Source of the DNA: Planctomycetota bacterium
Lineage (GTDB): Bacteria > Planctomycetota > MHYJ01 > WSZJ01
Reading direction: 5' to 3'
Length of the DNA stretch: 64,000 bases
Assembly: GCA_038060895.1 (NCBI GenBank)
Contig: JBBTCT010000001.1
Coordinates: forward strand, 288,001 to 352,000
Positions 38,401-48,092 of the stretch are shown in pieces. The translations under genes were made by a program, and so were the position numbers. The notes under the pieces were generated by a model. The model had not been told where the DNA came from and did no database searches. It saw only the letters and a program-made list of their open reading frames with translations. How positions within the stretch are numbered: position 1 is the stretch's first letter; each line of letters begins with the position of its first letter.

Positions 38401-38982
38401 ATGAGATCCACCCTCCGCCTGTTCACAGCTCTGGCCGTTGCGGCATTCTTCGCATCGGGATGCGGAGAGCGGGATGCGCCGCGCGTCTACCGGGCGCCGA
38501 AGGAAGCGCCTGCTCCAGCGCCGGCAGACCCCGGCACTTCCCTGGAAGCTCCCCGCTGGGTCGTGCCGGCGGGGTGGAAGCAGCTGCCCGACCAGCAGAT
38601 GCGCTTTGCGACCTTCCAGGTCGATCCGAACGACCCGAAACTCATCGTCACTGTCTACTCGTTCGGACCGGAGTCCGGAGCGCTTCTCCCCAACGTCAAC
38701 CGCTGGGAGCAGCAGATCGGCGCACCGGTGAGCGCGGAAGCGGATCTGCCGAAGGTCGTGAAGAAGCTGAAGAGCAACGGGCTGGAGATCGACGCGATTG
38801 ACCTGCTGGGGGTTGCGCCGGAGGGTCAGGCTGAAAAGCAACGGATGCTGGCGGCCATCATGCCGGTGGGGTCCAAGGTCTGGTTCCTGAAGTTCGTCGG
38901 GGCGGAATCGAAGGTCGCGGCGCACCAGGCCGACTATGAAGCGTTCCTGCGCTCGATTTCTTTTGCACCGTCCGGGGAGTGA
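38401..38982 (+). CDS. Conserved hypothetical lipoprotein upstream of ccsBA
   Basis: ASGC lipobox; W.VPAGW, NVNRW, WFLK motifs. Confidence 0.7.
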   Translation: MRSTLRLFTALAVAAFFASGCGERDAPRVYRAPKEAPAPAPADPGTSLEAPRWVVPAGWKQLPDQQMRFATFQVDPNDPKLIVTVYSFGPESGALLPNVNRWEQQIGAPVSAEADLPKVVKKLKSNGLEIDAIDLLGVAPEGQAEKQRMLAAIMPVGSKVWFLKFVGAESKVAAHQADYEAFLRSISFAPSGE

Positions 38983-38989
38983 GCCGACC

Positions 38990-41977
38990 GTGAAGTCGCA
39001 CCTCAAATCGCTCGCGTCGCTGAAGCTGACCGTCGCGCTTCTGGCTGTCTCGATGCTGCTCGTCTTCGCCGGCACGCTGGCGCAGATCGACATGGGGATC
39101 TGGCAGGTGCAGAAGAAGTACTTCCACAGCCTGTGGGTCTGGGTGGAGTTCCAGGTCTTCCTGCCCCGGCCGGAAGCGGGCGCCGAGCCGACCCCGGGAG
39201 GGTTCCCGCTGCCCGGCGGCTACCTGATCGGCGCGCTGATGCTGGTCAACCTGCTCGCCGCGCACTCGCTGCGGTTCAAGCTCACGCCGCGGCGCTCGGG
39301 GATCATCATGATCCACCTCGGGCTCATCTTGCTGCTTCTGGGAGAGCTGGCCACGAGCCTGTTCGCCGTCGAAAGCCAGATGACGATCGACGAAGGGCAG
39401 ACGGTGGCGTTCTCGCAGGACATCCGATCCGCTGAACTCGCGGTCGTCGACCCTTCCGCCCCTGACAGCGATTCGGTGGTTGCGTTCCCGGAGTCGGCGC
39501 TCGTTCCGGCGGCGAAGCTGCGGCACTCGCTGGTGCCGTTTGAAATCACGGTGCACGAGTACGAGGCGAACAGCCAGCTTCTCGGCCCGCGGCAGGCGCC
39601 GCCGGATGCGGTTTCGAAAGCGACGGCGGGCTTCGGCCAGGGGGTCATCCTCAAGCCGCTTCCGCGCACCGCCGGCACGGACGGCGGCACCGATATGGCC
39701 TCCGCGCACGTCACGCTGATGGCGGACGGAAAGCTGATCGGGATCTACCTCCTCTCGTTTCACTTCGACCAGCCGCAGCCCGTGGTGGTGAACGGCAAGA
39801 CCTGGCTCATCGCGCTTCGATTCGAGCGCTACTACAAGCCGTACACCATGCACCTCATCGACTTCTCGCACGACCGCTACCTCGGCACCGATACGCCGAA
39901 GAATTTCTCGAGCCGCCTGCGCCTGGTCGATCCGGCGAACAACGTCGACCGGGAAGTCCTGATCCGCATGAACGAACCCCTGCGGTACGCCGGCGAGACG
40001 TACTACCAGTCGAGTTTCAAGCCCGGGGACAAGACGACGATCCTGCAGGTCGTGCGCAATCCCGCCTGGACGATGCCGTACATCGCCTGCACCGTCGGCG
40101 GTGTCGGCATGCTGGTCCACTTCGGCATCCTGCTGGTCGGGTTCCTTAAGAAGCGGACCGGGCGGGCGCGCGCGGCGGCGATGACGGCGGGCATGCCGGA
40201 GAGGTTGACGCTCCGGTCGCTGGCGTTCCCGCTCACGGTCCTGGCGCTGTCGCTCTTCTCCGTCCTGTGGGCGCTGAAGCCCCCGCCCTCCGCCGGTCCG
40301 GAGCAATTCGACTACGCCGGGTTCGGGAACCTCCCCGTGACGCACGACGGCCGCGTGCTCCCGATCGACACGCTGGCCCGCACCAGCCTGCAGGCGATCT
40401 CCGGGCGCCAGACCACGAAGATTCCGGCCGCCGAAACCGCAGCGTCCGATTGGAACAAGGTGCCGCCCGACCAGTGGAAGTCCGTCTCCGCCACGCAATG
40501 GCTGGCCGACGTCTTCTCCGGAACCGAGCGCTCCGCCGGGTACCGCGTCTTCCGCATCGACCACCCCGGCGTGCTCGGGATGCTGGGGCTTGAACCGGAC
40601 CGGAGCCCGCGGCTGTACTCGTTCCTCGAGATCCTGGAACAGAAAGAGAAGCTCCAGGAACAGATCGAACTGATTTCGGAAGTGGACGACAAGAAGCGCG
40701 ACGCGTTCCAGCGGAAAGTTGCGGACCTGCATCAGCGGCTGCAGATCTTCCTGCGGCTCGCGGACCTGGCCTCGCTCTACCTCGTCCCCCCGGTCGCCCC
40801 GGGCGAGGAGTGGCAGCAACTCGGGCACTTCGCGCCCTCGAGGACCGGTCCGCCTCCCCCGCCGCATCCGGCGGCCGAAGCGATTCTTCGCATCCTCGCC
40901 AGCTACCACGAGAACAAGCCGGCCGAGTTCAACAAGGAGGTCGCGACCTACCGCGACCTGATCGCCGGGAAAATTCCATCTGAGACAGGCATGGCCCGAT
41001 ACGAGGCGTTCTTCAACCGCTTCGACCCGTTCTACCGCGCCCAGATCCTCTACGTGGTCGTCTTCCTCCTCGGCTGCGTTTCGTGGCTCGTGTGGAGCAA
41101 GCCGCTCGGGCGCGCTGCGTACCTGCTGCTCTTCCTGTGCCTGCTCGTCCACACCTTCGGGATGGTTTCGCGGATCGCGATCTCCGGCCGGCCGCCCGTC
41201 ACGAACCTCTACTCGTCGGCAGTCTTCATCGCCTGGGGCGGCGTCCTCCTCGCGGCCATCCTCGAGTTCTTCTTCCGCAACATGATCGCGACTGTGACCT
41301 CGGCAGCAATGGGCTTCACGTCCCTCCTCATCGCTCACCGCCTCGCCGGCGACGGCGACACCATGCGCATGATGCAGGCCGTGCTCGACACCAACTTCTG
41401 GCTCGCCACTCACGTCGTCGTCATCACCCTGGGGTACGCCGCCACCTTCCTCGCCGGAATCCTCGCCATCGCCTACGTCGTCCTCGGCCTCTTCACCCGG
41501 CACCTCACCGCATCACGGCCCGGCCGGACGGAAGAAGATGCCCCAGCCGCCCTCCTGCCCCGGATGGTCTACGCCATCCTCTGCTTCGCCATGCTCTTCT
41601 CGTTCGTCGGCACCGTCCTCGGCGGCATCTGGGCTGACCAGTCCTGGGGGCGCTTCTGGGGCTGGGACCCCAAGGAAAATGGCGCCGTCCTCATCGTGAT
41701 CTGGAATGCCCTCATCCTCCACGCCCGCATGGCCGGATTCGCCCGCGACCGGGGCGTCATGCTCCTCGCCATCTTCGGCAACATCGTCACCAGCTGGTCC
41801 TGGTTCGGCACCAACATGCTCGGCGTCGGCCTCCACTCCTACGGCTTCATGGAGTCCGCCCTCTTCTGGCTCCTCATGTTCGTCGCTTCACAGCTCGTCC
41901 TCATCGCGCTCGGAAACCTTCCTCTTCGGCTTTGGCGCAGCTTCCGCGATGCAGCGCCGCCACGGCCCGCTGCCTGA
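38990..41977 (+). CDS. ccsA: Fused cytochrome c biogenesis system II protein (ResB/CcsB + CcsA)
   Basis: LASLKLTV, IRMNEPLRY, WLATHV, tryptophan-rich WADQSWGRFWGWDPKE, GLHSYG; GTG start at 38990. Confidence 0.9.
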   Translation: MKSHLKSLASLKLTVALLAVSMLLVFAGTLAQIDMGIWQVQKKYFHSLWVWVEFQVFLPRPEAGAEPTPGGFPLPGGYLIGALMLVNLLAAHSLRFKLTPRRSGIIMIHLGLILLLLGELATSLFAVESQMTIDEGQTVAFSQDIRSAELAVVDPSAPDSDSVVAFPESALVPAAKLRHSLVPFEITVHEYEANSQLLGPRQAPPDAVSKATAGFGQGVILKPLPRTAGTDGGTDMASAHVTLMADGKLIGIYLLSFHFDQPQPVVVNGKTWLIALRFERYYKPYTMHLIDFSHDRYLGTDTPKNFSSRLRLVDPANNVDREVLIRMNEPLRYAGETYYQSSFKPGDKTTILQVVRNPAWTMPYIACTVGGVGMLVHFGILLVGFLKKRTGRARAAAMTAGMPERLTLRSLAFPLTVLALSLFSVLWALKPPPSAGPEQFDYAGFGNLPVTHDGRVLPIDTLARTSLQAISGRQTTKIPAAETAASDWNKVPPDQWKSVSATQWLADVFSGTERSAGYRVFRIDHPGVLGMLGLEPDRSPRLYSFLEILEQKEKLQEQIELISEVDDKKRDAFQRKVADLHQRLQIFLRLADLASLYLVPPVAPGEEWQQLGHFAPSRTGPPPPPHPAAEAILRILASYHENKPAEFNKEVATYRDLIAGKIPSETGMARYEAFFNRFDPFYRAQILYVVVFLLGCVSWLVWSKPLGRAAYLLLFLCLLVHTFGMVSRIAISGRPPVTNLYSSAVFIAWGGVLLAAILEFFFRNMIATVTSAAMGFTSLLIAHRLAGDGDTMRMMQAVLDTNFWLATHVVVITLGYAATFLAGILAIAYVVLGLFTRHLTASRPGRTEEDAPAALLPRMVYAILCFAMLFSFVGTVLGGIWADQSWGRFWGWDPKENGAVLIVIWNALILHARMAGFARDRGVMLLAIFGNIVTSWSWFGTNMLGVGLHSYGFMESALFWLLMFVASQLVLIALGNLPLRLWRSFRDAAPPRPAA

Positions 41978-42038
41978 TTCGCAGTTCCGTTCACCTGAGC
42001 CACCGCGGCTCCCCTTCATCCCAATCCCCTTCCGTTGT

Positions 42039-45000
42039 CTACTTCCCGATCTCCATCTCCCCCTGCCCCTCCCCCGGCTTCCCCGTCTTCACGCTCAGCG
42101 TCATCTCCATCCCCTCCAGCCAAAGCACCCGCGGATCGCCGTACTTCTTCGGGTAAGGCGCATTCACGCTGAACCACACGACGTCCGGCCGGCCGGCGCG
42201 GTGGTCCACCATCCACTCGGCGACGGTGATCTGCTGCGCATCGATGCCCTTGGCCGTGAGCCGGACCGAAGCAACCGTCTCGCCGTTCGCAAGCTCGAAG
42301 GACCCCATGACCCGCTCCGCGGCGTTCTGCTCCCGGCCGCGGTGCTGGTCAACGTCCTCCTGCGCTTTCACGTCCGTGAGGCGCACTTCAATCTGGAAGC
42401 CGTCATTGGTCGCGGTGCCGCGCGTCACGGAGACCGCGGACCGTCGCGGACTGGTCTTCACGAACGGCCGAAACGTCGGATCGCCGAATAGCATCCGGTT
42501 CTGCGTGACTTCCATCATGAAGCCGCCCGGAATCTCCACGCCCTCCTCCGGCTTTCCTTCCTCCTGGATCACCAGCGGATACGGGCCGTTCTTTCGCGAA
42601 GCCATCGCAACCTCGACGGCGTTGAGCCGGATCGCCTCGCCCAGCGACAGGTCCTCGCGCGCGGCGCGCGACGACTCGATCGAGCAGCGGTACCCGTGAT
42701 TCGCGCCGATCGGCGCGAGGTACGCCGCGGGGCCGTGTGCCAGGTACGCCAGGCACAGGGATTCGCCGGGCTGGAGGTCATAGAAGCGGTTCTTGTGATC
42801 GGTCGTCCCGAACGTTGAGACGATGTCGCCTCCGACGAGCGCTCTCTTCGTCACGGCGCTGTGGCAGGTCCCGCTCCAGAGAACCGTCCCGGAAAGGTCC
42901 CACGCGGCGGCGTCGCTCGGCCCGAGACCGGTCAGTTCCTTGTTCGCCCAGTCGCGGCAGATTTTCTTCGCGTCGTACTTCCAGTGCAGGTCGGGCTTCA
43001 TGTTGCGCTGGTCGCTGAAGAGCCAGATGCGCATCGGGTCGCCATTCCCGCAGATCGTCACGACGCCCGCGCCTTTCGCGGGCTCGAACGCCTTCGCGAA
43101 CTGGGAGCGCACCTTCGGCGCCTTCTCGACGCACGGGAAGTAAACGCTCGTGGTGGTCAGCCCGTCGGTCCCTTCCGTCGCCGGGTAGATGGTCACGTCC
43201 GTAAAGCTCGGCGTGACGCCGTAGTCCACTGCCTTCACCGGCAACCCGTCGCATTCGATCTTCGCCATCGCGTCGAGCATCGCTTGCACGTGCGCCGGCT
43301 CCGCGGCGGTCAGGTAGCCGATCGTCGCGTCCTGGAACGCGTCGCCGTCGAGTTGCTGAAGCGCGTACATGACGCGGCGGTTCAGGTTGATGTCGAACGT
43401 TTCCGGCGCGAGCACGACCGCGACGGCGTCGGCGCGGCGGCGCTTCGCCATGTCGCGGATCGGCTCCCACTGCGCGGGATCGTCCAGCCGCTCGCGCTCC
43501 GCGCCGCGGTACTGCGCCAGCCGGCGCGCCATCTTGTGAAACGACGACTTGCCGAGCTCGAGCACGATCATCCGCTTCCCGGGCGCCGCGCCCACCGACG
43601 CGAAGTCCGGCGGCAGGACGACTTCGCGGACAATGCGGTGCTTCTCCTGGCCGAGCCGAGCGAAGAACGTGATGTACCCGCCCTGCCCGACCATGAGGCA
43701 CGTGCCGTGGTACCGCTTTCCGTCCTTCTCCTCGCGCCCGCTCAGGCTCCAGCACGCGTGGCCTTTCGCAGGCCGGTCCGCAATGCGGTCGAGGAATCCC
43801 ATCGACTTCGTCGCGTACTCGAGGTACTCCTTCTTCCCCGTGTACCGGTACAGGTCGAGCATGAACGTCCCGGCGCCGGCCGTGCCGCAGCAGAGCGACG
43901 GCGCGTAGAACCCCGACTTCGCGCGGTTCTCGTCCGGATTCGTCTTCGTCAGCAGGTACTTCCCGCCTGCTTCCGCGGCCTGCAGGTACTTCGCATCCCC
44001 CGTCATCGAGTGAAGCAGCAGGTGCAGCCGGCATGTCCCGCTCGGCCCATGACACCACCCCTCCCACAGCCAGTCCTTCGTCCCGTCCGCCGGCACGTGG
44101 TGCTTCCAGGCCAGCGTCCCCTCGCCGCATACCGCGACCTCGTTGCGCTCGAGCCACCGCGCCGCCTGCTTCGCGCCCTCGAGGAAGCGCTCCTCGCCCG
44201 TCGCCGAAGCCATCCTCGCGAGCGTCGCGCCGATCCCGGCGACGCCGTGCGAGAAGCCGGTGTACGTCCGCTCTTCGCCCGCCGACGCCGGCCACGACCA
44301 GCCGTCGTCGCCCTTGCGCGCGGCCTCGAGCAACCCGTCCGCCGCTTCGACCGCCGCGAGGTGATACTTCGCATCGCCTGTCATCTGCGAAGCGTCCTCG
44401 AGCGCCAGGCAGATTCCCGCGCTGCCGCTGATTATGTCGAGCGCGCCGTTGTCCCAGAACTTTCCTTTCGCCTTCTCAATTGTCCCGAGCTGCGCGACGA
44501 CCCAGTCCATCCCGCGCTTCCCGGCCTTCAGCGCTTCTTCGTCGCCGAGCATGTCCCCCGCGGTCATCAGCACCCACGCAATCCCGGCCGTGCCGCTGTA
44601 AAGCGACGCGCGGCGACAGGTGTGCACGGCGCCCTGGTTGTCGTCCCACGCAATTTCCCAGGTCAGTCCGCCCTTGTCTTCGACGGCCTTGTCGATGAGG
44701 TGCCGCACGCCGCGGCGCGCCGCGTCGGCGTACCTCTTTTCGCCGGTCATTTCGTGAAGCGTCAGCAGCGACGCGATCGTGCCGGACACTCCGCCGTACA
44801 GCGAGTCCGTTGTGAACGGATCCGCGTCGAATTCCTGCCACCACGCCCCGCGCACGCCGCCCGGCTTCGCCTTTGCCTCGTCGTCCTTCATTTGCGCCAG
44901 AAGCCAGGCGCCGGATTCCGCGAGGAGCTTTCCTTCGGCGGAGTCGGCCGGGAGAAGCCGTCCGGCAGAAGCGGTCTGCGGGGCAGGCTTCTTCTTCGGC

Positions 45001-45077
45001 TTGTCCTCGCCGTAAACAGAAGCGCAGACAACAGTTGCGGCGGCGATAAGCGTTGAAAGGCGAAGGGCGCGGCGCAT
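42039..45077 (-). CDS. Secreted LanC-like (lanthionine synthetase C-like) protein fused to a C25/caspase-like domain
   Basis: Signal peptide; seven GxxG repeats including FSHG, WCHG, LCCG; C-terminal CGNG, GTCH, LFGDP. Confidence 0.75.
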   Translation of the reverse strand: MRRALRLSTLIAAATVVCASVYGEDKPKKKPAPQTASAGRLLPADSAEGKLLAESGAWLLAQMKDDEAKAKPGGVRGAWWQEFDADPFTTDSLYGGVSGTIASLLTLHEMTGEKRYADAARRGVRHLIDKAVEDKGGLTWEIAWDDNQGAVHTCRRASLYSGTAGIAWVLMTAGDMLGDEEALKAGKRGMDWVVAQLGTIEKAKGKFWDNGALDIISGSAGICLALEDASQMTGDAKYHLAAVEAADGLLEAARKGDDGWSWPASAGEERTYTGFSHGVAGIGATLARMASATGEERFLEGAKQAARWLERNEVAVCGEGTLAWKHHVPADGTKDWLWEGWCHGPSGTCRLHLLLHSMTGDAKYLQAAEAGGKYLLTKTNPDENRAKSGFYAPSLCCGTAGAGTFMLDLYRYTGKKEYLEYATKSMGFLDRIADRPAKGHACWSLSGREEKDGKRYHGTCLMVGQGGYITFFARLGQEKHRIVREVVLPPDFASVGAAPGKRMIVLELGKSSFHKMARRLAQYRGAERERLDDPAQWEPIRDMAKRRRADAVAVVLAPETFDINLNRRVMYALQQLDGDAFQDATIGYLTAAEPAHVQAMLDAMAKIECDGLPVKAVDYGVTPSFTDVTIYPATEGTDGLTTTSVYFPCVEKAPKVRSQFAKAFEPAKGAGVVTICGNGDPMRIWLFSDQRNMKPDLHWKYDAKKICRDWANKELTGLGPSDAAAWDLSGTVLWSGTCHSAVTKRALVGGDIVSTFGTTDHKNRFYDLQPGESLCLAYLAHGPAAYLAPIGANHGYRCSIESSRAAREDLSLGEAIRLNAVEVAMASRKNGPYPLVIQEEGKPEEGVEIPGGFMMEVTQNRMLFGDPTFRPFVKTSPRRSAVSVTRGTATNDGFQIEVRLTDVKAQEDVDQHRGREQNAAERVMGSFELANGETVASVRLTAKGIDAQQITVAEWMVDHRAGRPDVVWFSVNAPYPKKYGDPRVLWLEGMEMTLSVKTGKPGEGQGEMEIGK

Positions 45078-45135
45078 CGGTTTCTCCAGGGAGTCGGGTC
45101 GTCGCTTCCCCTTATGCTCTCCCCGCCCCGCCCCG

Positions 45136-45990
45136 TCAGGATTTCCGGCCGATCGCTCCGAGAATCCCGCGCGCCGGCCGCACCTTGTTCATGATGTAGA
45201 GATGCAGCCCCGGAGCGCCGCGCGCCAGCAGGTCGCGACATTGCGCCGACGCGAACTCCAGCCCGCGTGAAGCGGCCTCGTCGTGGTCCGCCGCAGATTC
45301 AATCGCCTTGCGCAACTCCGCCGGGACTCCGACGCCCCAGTCGCGCTCGAAAAACTTCGGCGACTGCACCGCCATCACGCCGGGCTGAACCGGCGTCTCA
45401 ATCTCCGCCTCGCGGAGGCGCTTCACGAACCCGAAGTACGCGTCGTTCGAAAAGAACATCTGCGTGACGAGGAAGTCCGCGCCAGCACGGACCTTTGCCG
45501 AGAGGAACGCCAGATCATCCGCCGCCGACTTCGCTTCCGGGTGCGTCTCCGGATAACACGCCGCCCCGACGCAGAACTTGTAGTTCGCCTTGATGAACGC
45601 CACCAGCTCCCCCGCGTGCGCAAACCCCTCCGGGTGCGGCACGAACTTCCCCGTCCCCTTCGGCGGATCGCCACGTAGCGCGAGAATGTTCCGCACGCCC
45701 GCTTCCCAAAGCCGGTCCAGCTGCGCCCGGATCGCATCCTTCCCCTGGCCGACGCACGTAAAGTGCGCCAGCGGCTTGATCCCCATTTTTACCAGGCGCG
45801 CGTTGATCTCGTAGTGCAGTCCGACGTTTGTGCCGCCGGCGCCGTAGGTCACCGAAATGTAGTCCGGCTTGAGCGGCGCCAGCTCGCCGAACGCCCGGTA
45901 CAGGCTCTCCACGTCTCCGTCACGCTTCGGGGGGAAAACCTCGAAGGAGAGGACCGGACGGCCGGATTTGAAGAGGTTGGCGATGGGCAT
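45136..45990 (-). CDS. metF: Methylenetetrahydrofolate reductase
   Basis: SFEVFPPK, SVTYGAGG, HFTC, LALRGD, TQMFF. Confidence 0.92.
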   Translation of the reverse strand: MPIANLFKSGRPVLSFEVFPPKRDGDVESLYRAFGELAPLKPDYISVTYGAGGTNVGLHYEINARLVKMGIKPLAHFTCVGQGKDAIRAQLDRLWEAGVRNILALRGDPPKGTGKFVPHPEGFAHAGELVAFIKANYKFCVGAACYPETHPEAKSAADDLAFLSAKVRAGADFLVTQMFFSNDAYFGFVKRLREAEIETPVQPGVMAVQSPKFFERDWGVGVPAELRKAIESAADHDEAASRGLEFASAQCRDLLARGAPGLHLYIMNKVRPARGILGAIGRKS

Positions 45991-46078
45991 GGGGGCGGAG
46001 AGTATAGCCGCGATCCCGATGGAGTGAACCTGCGGGGAGGGACTTCGTTGGAAGAGGGAGTCCGGGTGCGGAGGGGCT

Positions 46079-47278
46079 GTGAAACGGAAGCTTCCGGTTT
46101 GGGTGCTCGCCTCCTTCATGGCAAGTGCGGCATCGGCGGACGAGGCCGAAGAGCGACTTCGCGCCGCCATTGCGAGGATCGCGGACGACGATCCGGAGGT
46201 CCGCGCGGCGGGACGCGCGCGGCTCTTCGCGCTCGCGTCGGAGCGGCCGGACCTGGTACGGCGCATCGCAGACCATCCCGACGCCGAAGTGGGGGCGACG
46301 GCACGACGGGTTCTGTTCGACCATTGCATCCAGAAGGACCTGGTGGACCAGAAGCGATTCGACGAAATCCTCGCCTCGATCGGGGACCCGCAGCGCGAAG
46401 CCCCGGCGCGGAGGGAGCTTTTCCGGACCTACCTCGATCTCGGACATGAACCGGCCGCGCTGCTTTCGAGCGAGCTGATGGAATCGCAGGCAAAGTCGAT
46501 GCTGGAATCGGTCACGCTCAAACCAGGCGACTCCCGGGAAATCGAATTCCGGATGAGGAACGTCGGGGCGAAATCCCTTTGGTACAACCCCGAGTGCTAC
46601 TCCGCGAGCGCGCCGACCTTTGAGAGATTTGGGGGAGGGCTTCGCTACGGGGGGCGGCTGGGGGGCCGGCGGAACCTCAGCTCGCTCTCGGCGCAGGAAC
46701 GGATTCTCGGCGCACTCTCGACGCTGCGGCGGGTGCCTCCGGGCGGCGACTTTGTCCTGGCGTCCGTCTTTGTCGAGTCAGATTGCTGCGGCTTGTTCCG
46801 CCTTCGCGTTCAAGGCGGGGGCGCGAGCGACCTGAAAGCAGCGTTCCACGGTGTCGACATCCCGGCAACACCGGCGTCCCTTGGTGAATTGCCCAGCGTG
46901 GTCATCCCGTTTCTTGCACAACGGGAGTCGGTAAATTTCGAGGCGACCCTTCTCCCGAGAGGCCCCTCCGGGCGCCCCGCACTTCGGATCAAGGCGATCG
47001 CGGCGGTCGAGGAGCGGTGCGCGACCTGCGCCGGGTGCGTGGACTCATTCTGGTGGGCCGCGACCGATGAAGCGGGCCGCTACCTTGGCTCGGGCCCGAT
47101 GCGCGGAATGCACGGCACGGTGGACGCCTGGACGGAATCCCAGGAGCGCACGGTCGAGATGCCATTCGACCCGCCCCTGGGCACTCGCAGGCTCTGGCTC
47201 GGGTTCGACGGCGCGGACTCCAGTGACCAGGCCGTTCCGTCACCGTTGGAGATCCCGGCAGCCGGCGCTGTCGAGTAG
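46079..47278 (+). CDS. Hypothetical secreted protein with an N-terminal HEAT-like region
   Basis: GTG with GGAGG RBS; signal peptide; DDDPEVRAA. Confidence 0.55.
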   Translation: MKRKLPVWVLASFMASAASADEAEERLRAAIARIADDDPEVRAAGRARLFALASERPDLVRRIADHPDAEVGATARRVLFDHCIQKDLVDQKRFDEILASIGDPQREAPARRELFRTYLDLGHEPAALLSSELMESQAKSMLESVTLKPGDSREIEFRMRNVGAKSLWYNPECYSASAPTFERFGGGLRYGGRLGGRRNLSSLSAQERILGALSTLRRVPPGGDFVLASVFVESDCCGLFRLRVQGGGASDLKAAFHGVDIPATPASLGELPSVVIPFLAQRESVNFEATLLPRGPSGRPALRIKAIAAVEERCATCAGCVDSFWWAATDEAGRYLGSGPMRGMHGTVDAWTESQERTVEMPFDPPLGTRRLWLGFDGADSSDQAVPSPLEIPAAGAVE

Positions 47279-47299
47279 TTGCGAGTGCGTTTCAACTCC

Positions 47300-48022
47300 C
47301 TAAGAGCGCCAGACAATCCCGCCAAACCTCCCCGTCTCCTGACCGTCGCGGCGGGTCGAAAAGAACCAGTCCGCGCGGCAAAACGTGCACAGGTCGCAGA
47401 CGTCGACCTGGTGCACGCCCGCTTCCGCGAGCTGGGCGGCGTTCGCGGCCTTCAGGTCGAGGAAAGTCTTGCCTTTGCGCTCCGCGAGAAATCGAGGGCC
47501 GAATGCCCGCCAGTCGTCGAGCACCGGACCGTAGAGGTCGTAGCAGCACGGGCCTATCGACGGCCCCACGACCGCTGCGATGTCGCGCGCGCCCAGCGAC
47601 CGCATCGCTTCCACGGTCTTCACCGCGATCCGCCCTCGCGCTCCGGGGCGCGAAGCGTGCACGCTGGCGACGACGCCGGCCTTCACGTCCGCCAGGAGCA
47701 GCAGGTTGCAATCGGCCGAGTACGTCATGATCGCGACGCCGGCGCGGTCCGTGACGACGGCGTCACCCTCATCGCCCTGCCCCAGGATCACAACGCCGTC
47801 CTCGACTTTCTGCTTCAGCGCGACGATCGCACCCGGCGCCCCTGCGGCCCTTGCGGCGATCTCGCGGTTCTTCACGACGTTTTCAGAAGGGTCGCCTTTG
47901 CGAAACCCGATGTTGAGCGAGGCGTACGTCCCGGCACTCACGCCGCCAAGCCGCGTTGTGAACGCGTGCGGAAAATCGACGCGATCGGAACGCAGAACGT
48001 TGCCGTCAAGGCGAAGTGGCAT
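47300..48022 (-). CDS. pgeF: PgeF/YfiH-family purine nucleoside phosphorylase-like protein
   Basis: HAFTTRLGG, SLNIG, DAVVT, ADC, GPSIGPCCY, FFSTRR. Confidence 0.85.
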   Translation of the reverse strand: MPLRLDGNVLRSDRVDFPHAFTTRLGGVSAGTYASLNIGFRKGDPSENVVKNREIAARAAGAPGAIVALKQKVEDGVVILGQGDEGDAVVTDRAGVAIMTYSADCNLLLLADVKAGVVASVHASRPGARGRIAVKTVEAMRSLGARDIAAVVGPSIGPCCYDLYGPVLDDWRAFGPRFLAERKGKTFLDLKAANAAQLAEAGVHQVDVCDLCTFCRADWFFSTRRDGQETGRFGGIVWRS

Positions 48023-48092
48023 GGCCGGATCCTAACTGGCGGCAGTCTCAATCCGCTTCAATCGACGCTGGATTGCGAATAGGATTCGCGCC

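Noticed and set aside
42039-45990. Lanthipeptide biosynthetic cluster around the LanC-like gene
   Set aside because: No LanB/LanM dehydratase, precursor peptide or exporter; the flanking genes are ccsBA and metF.
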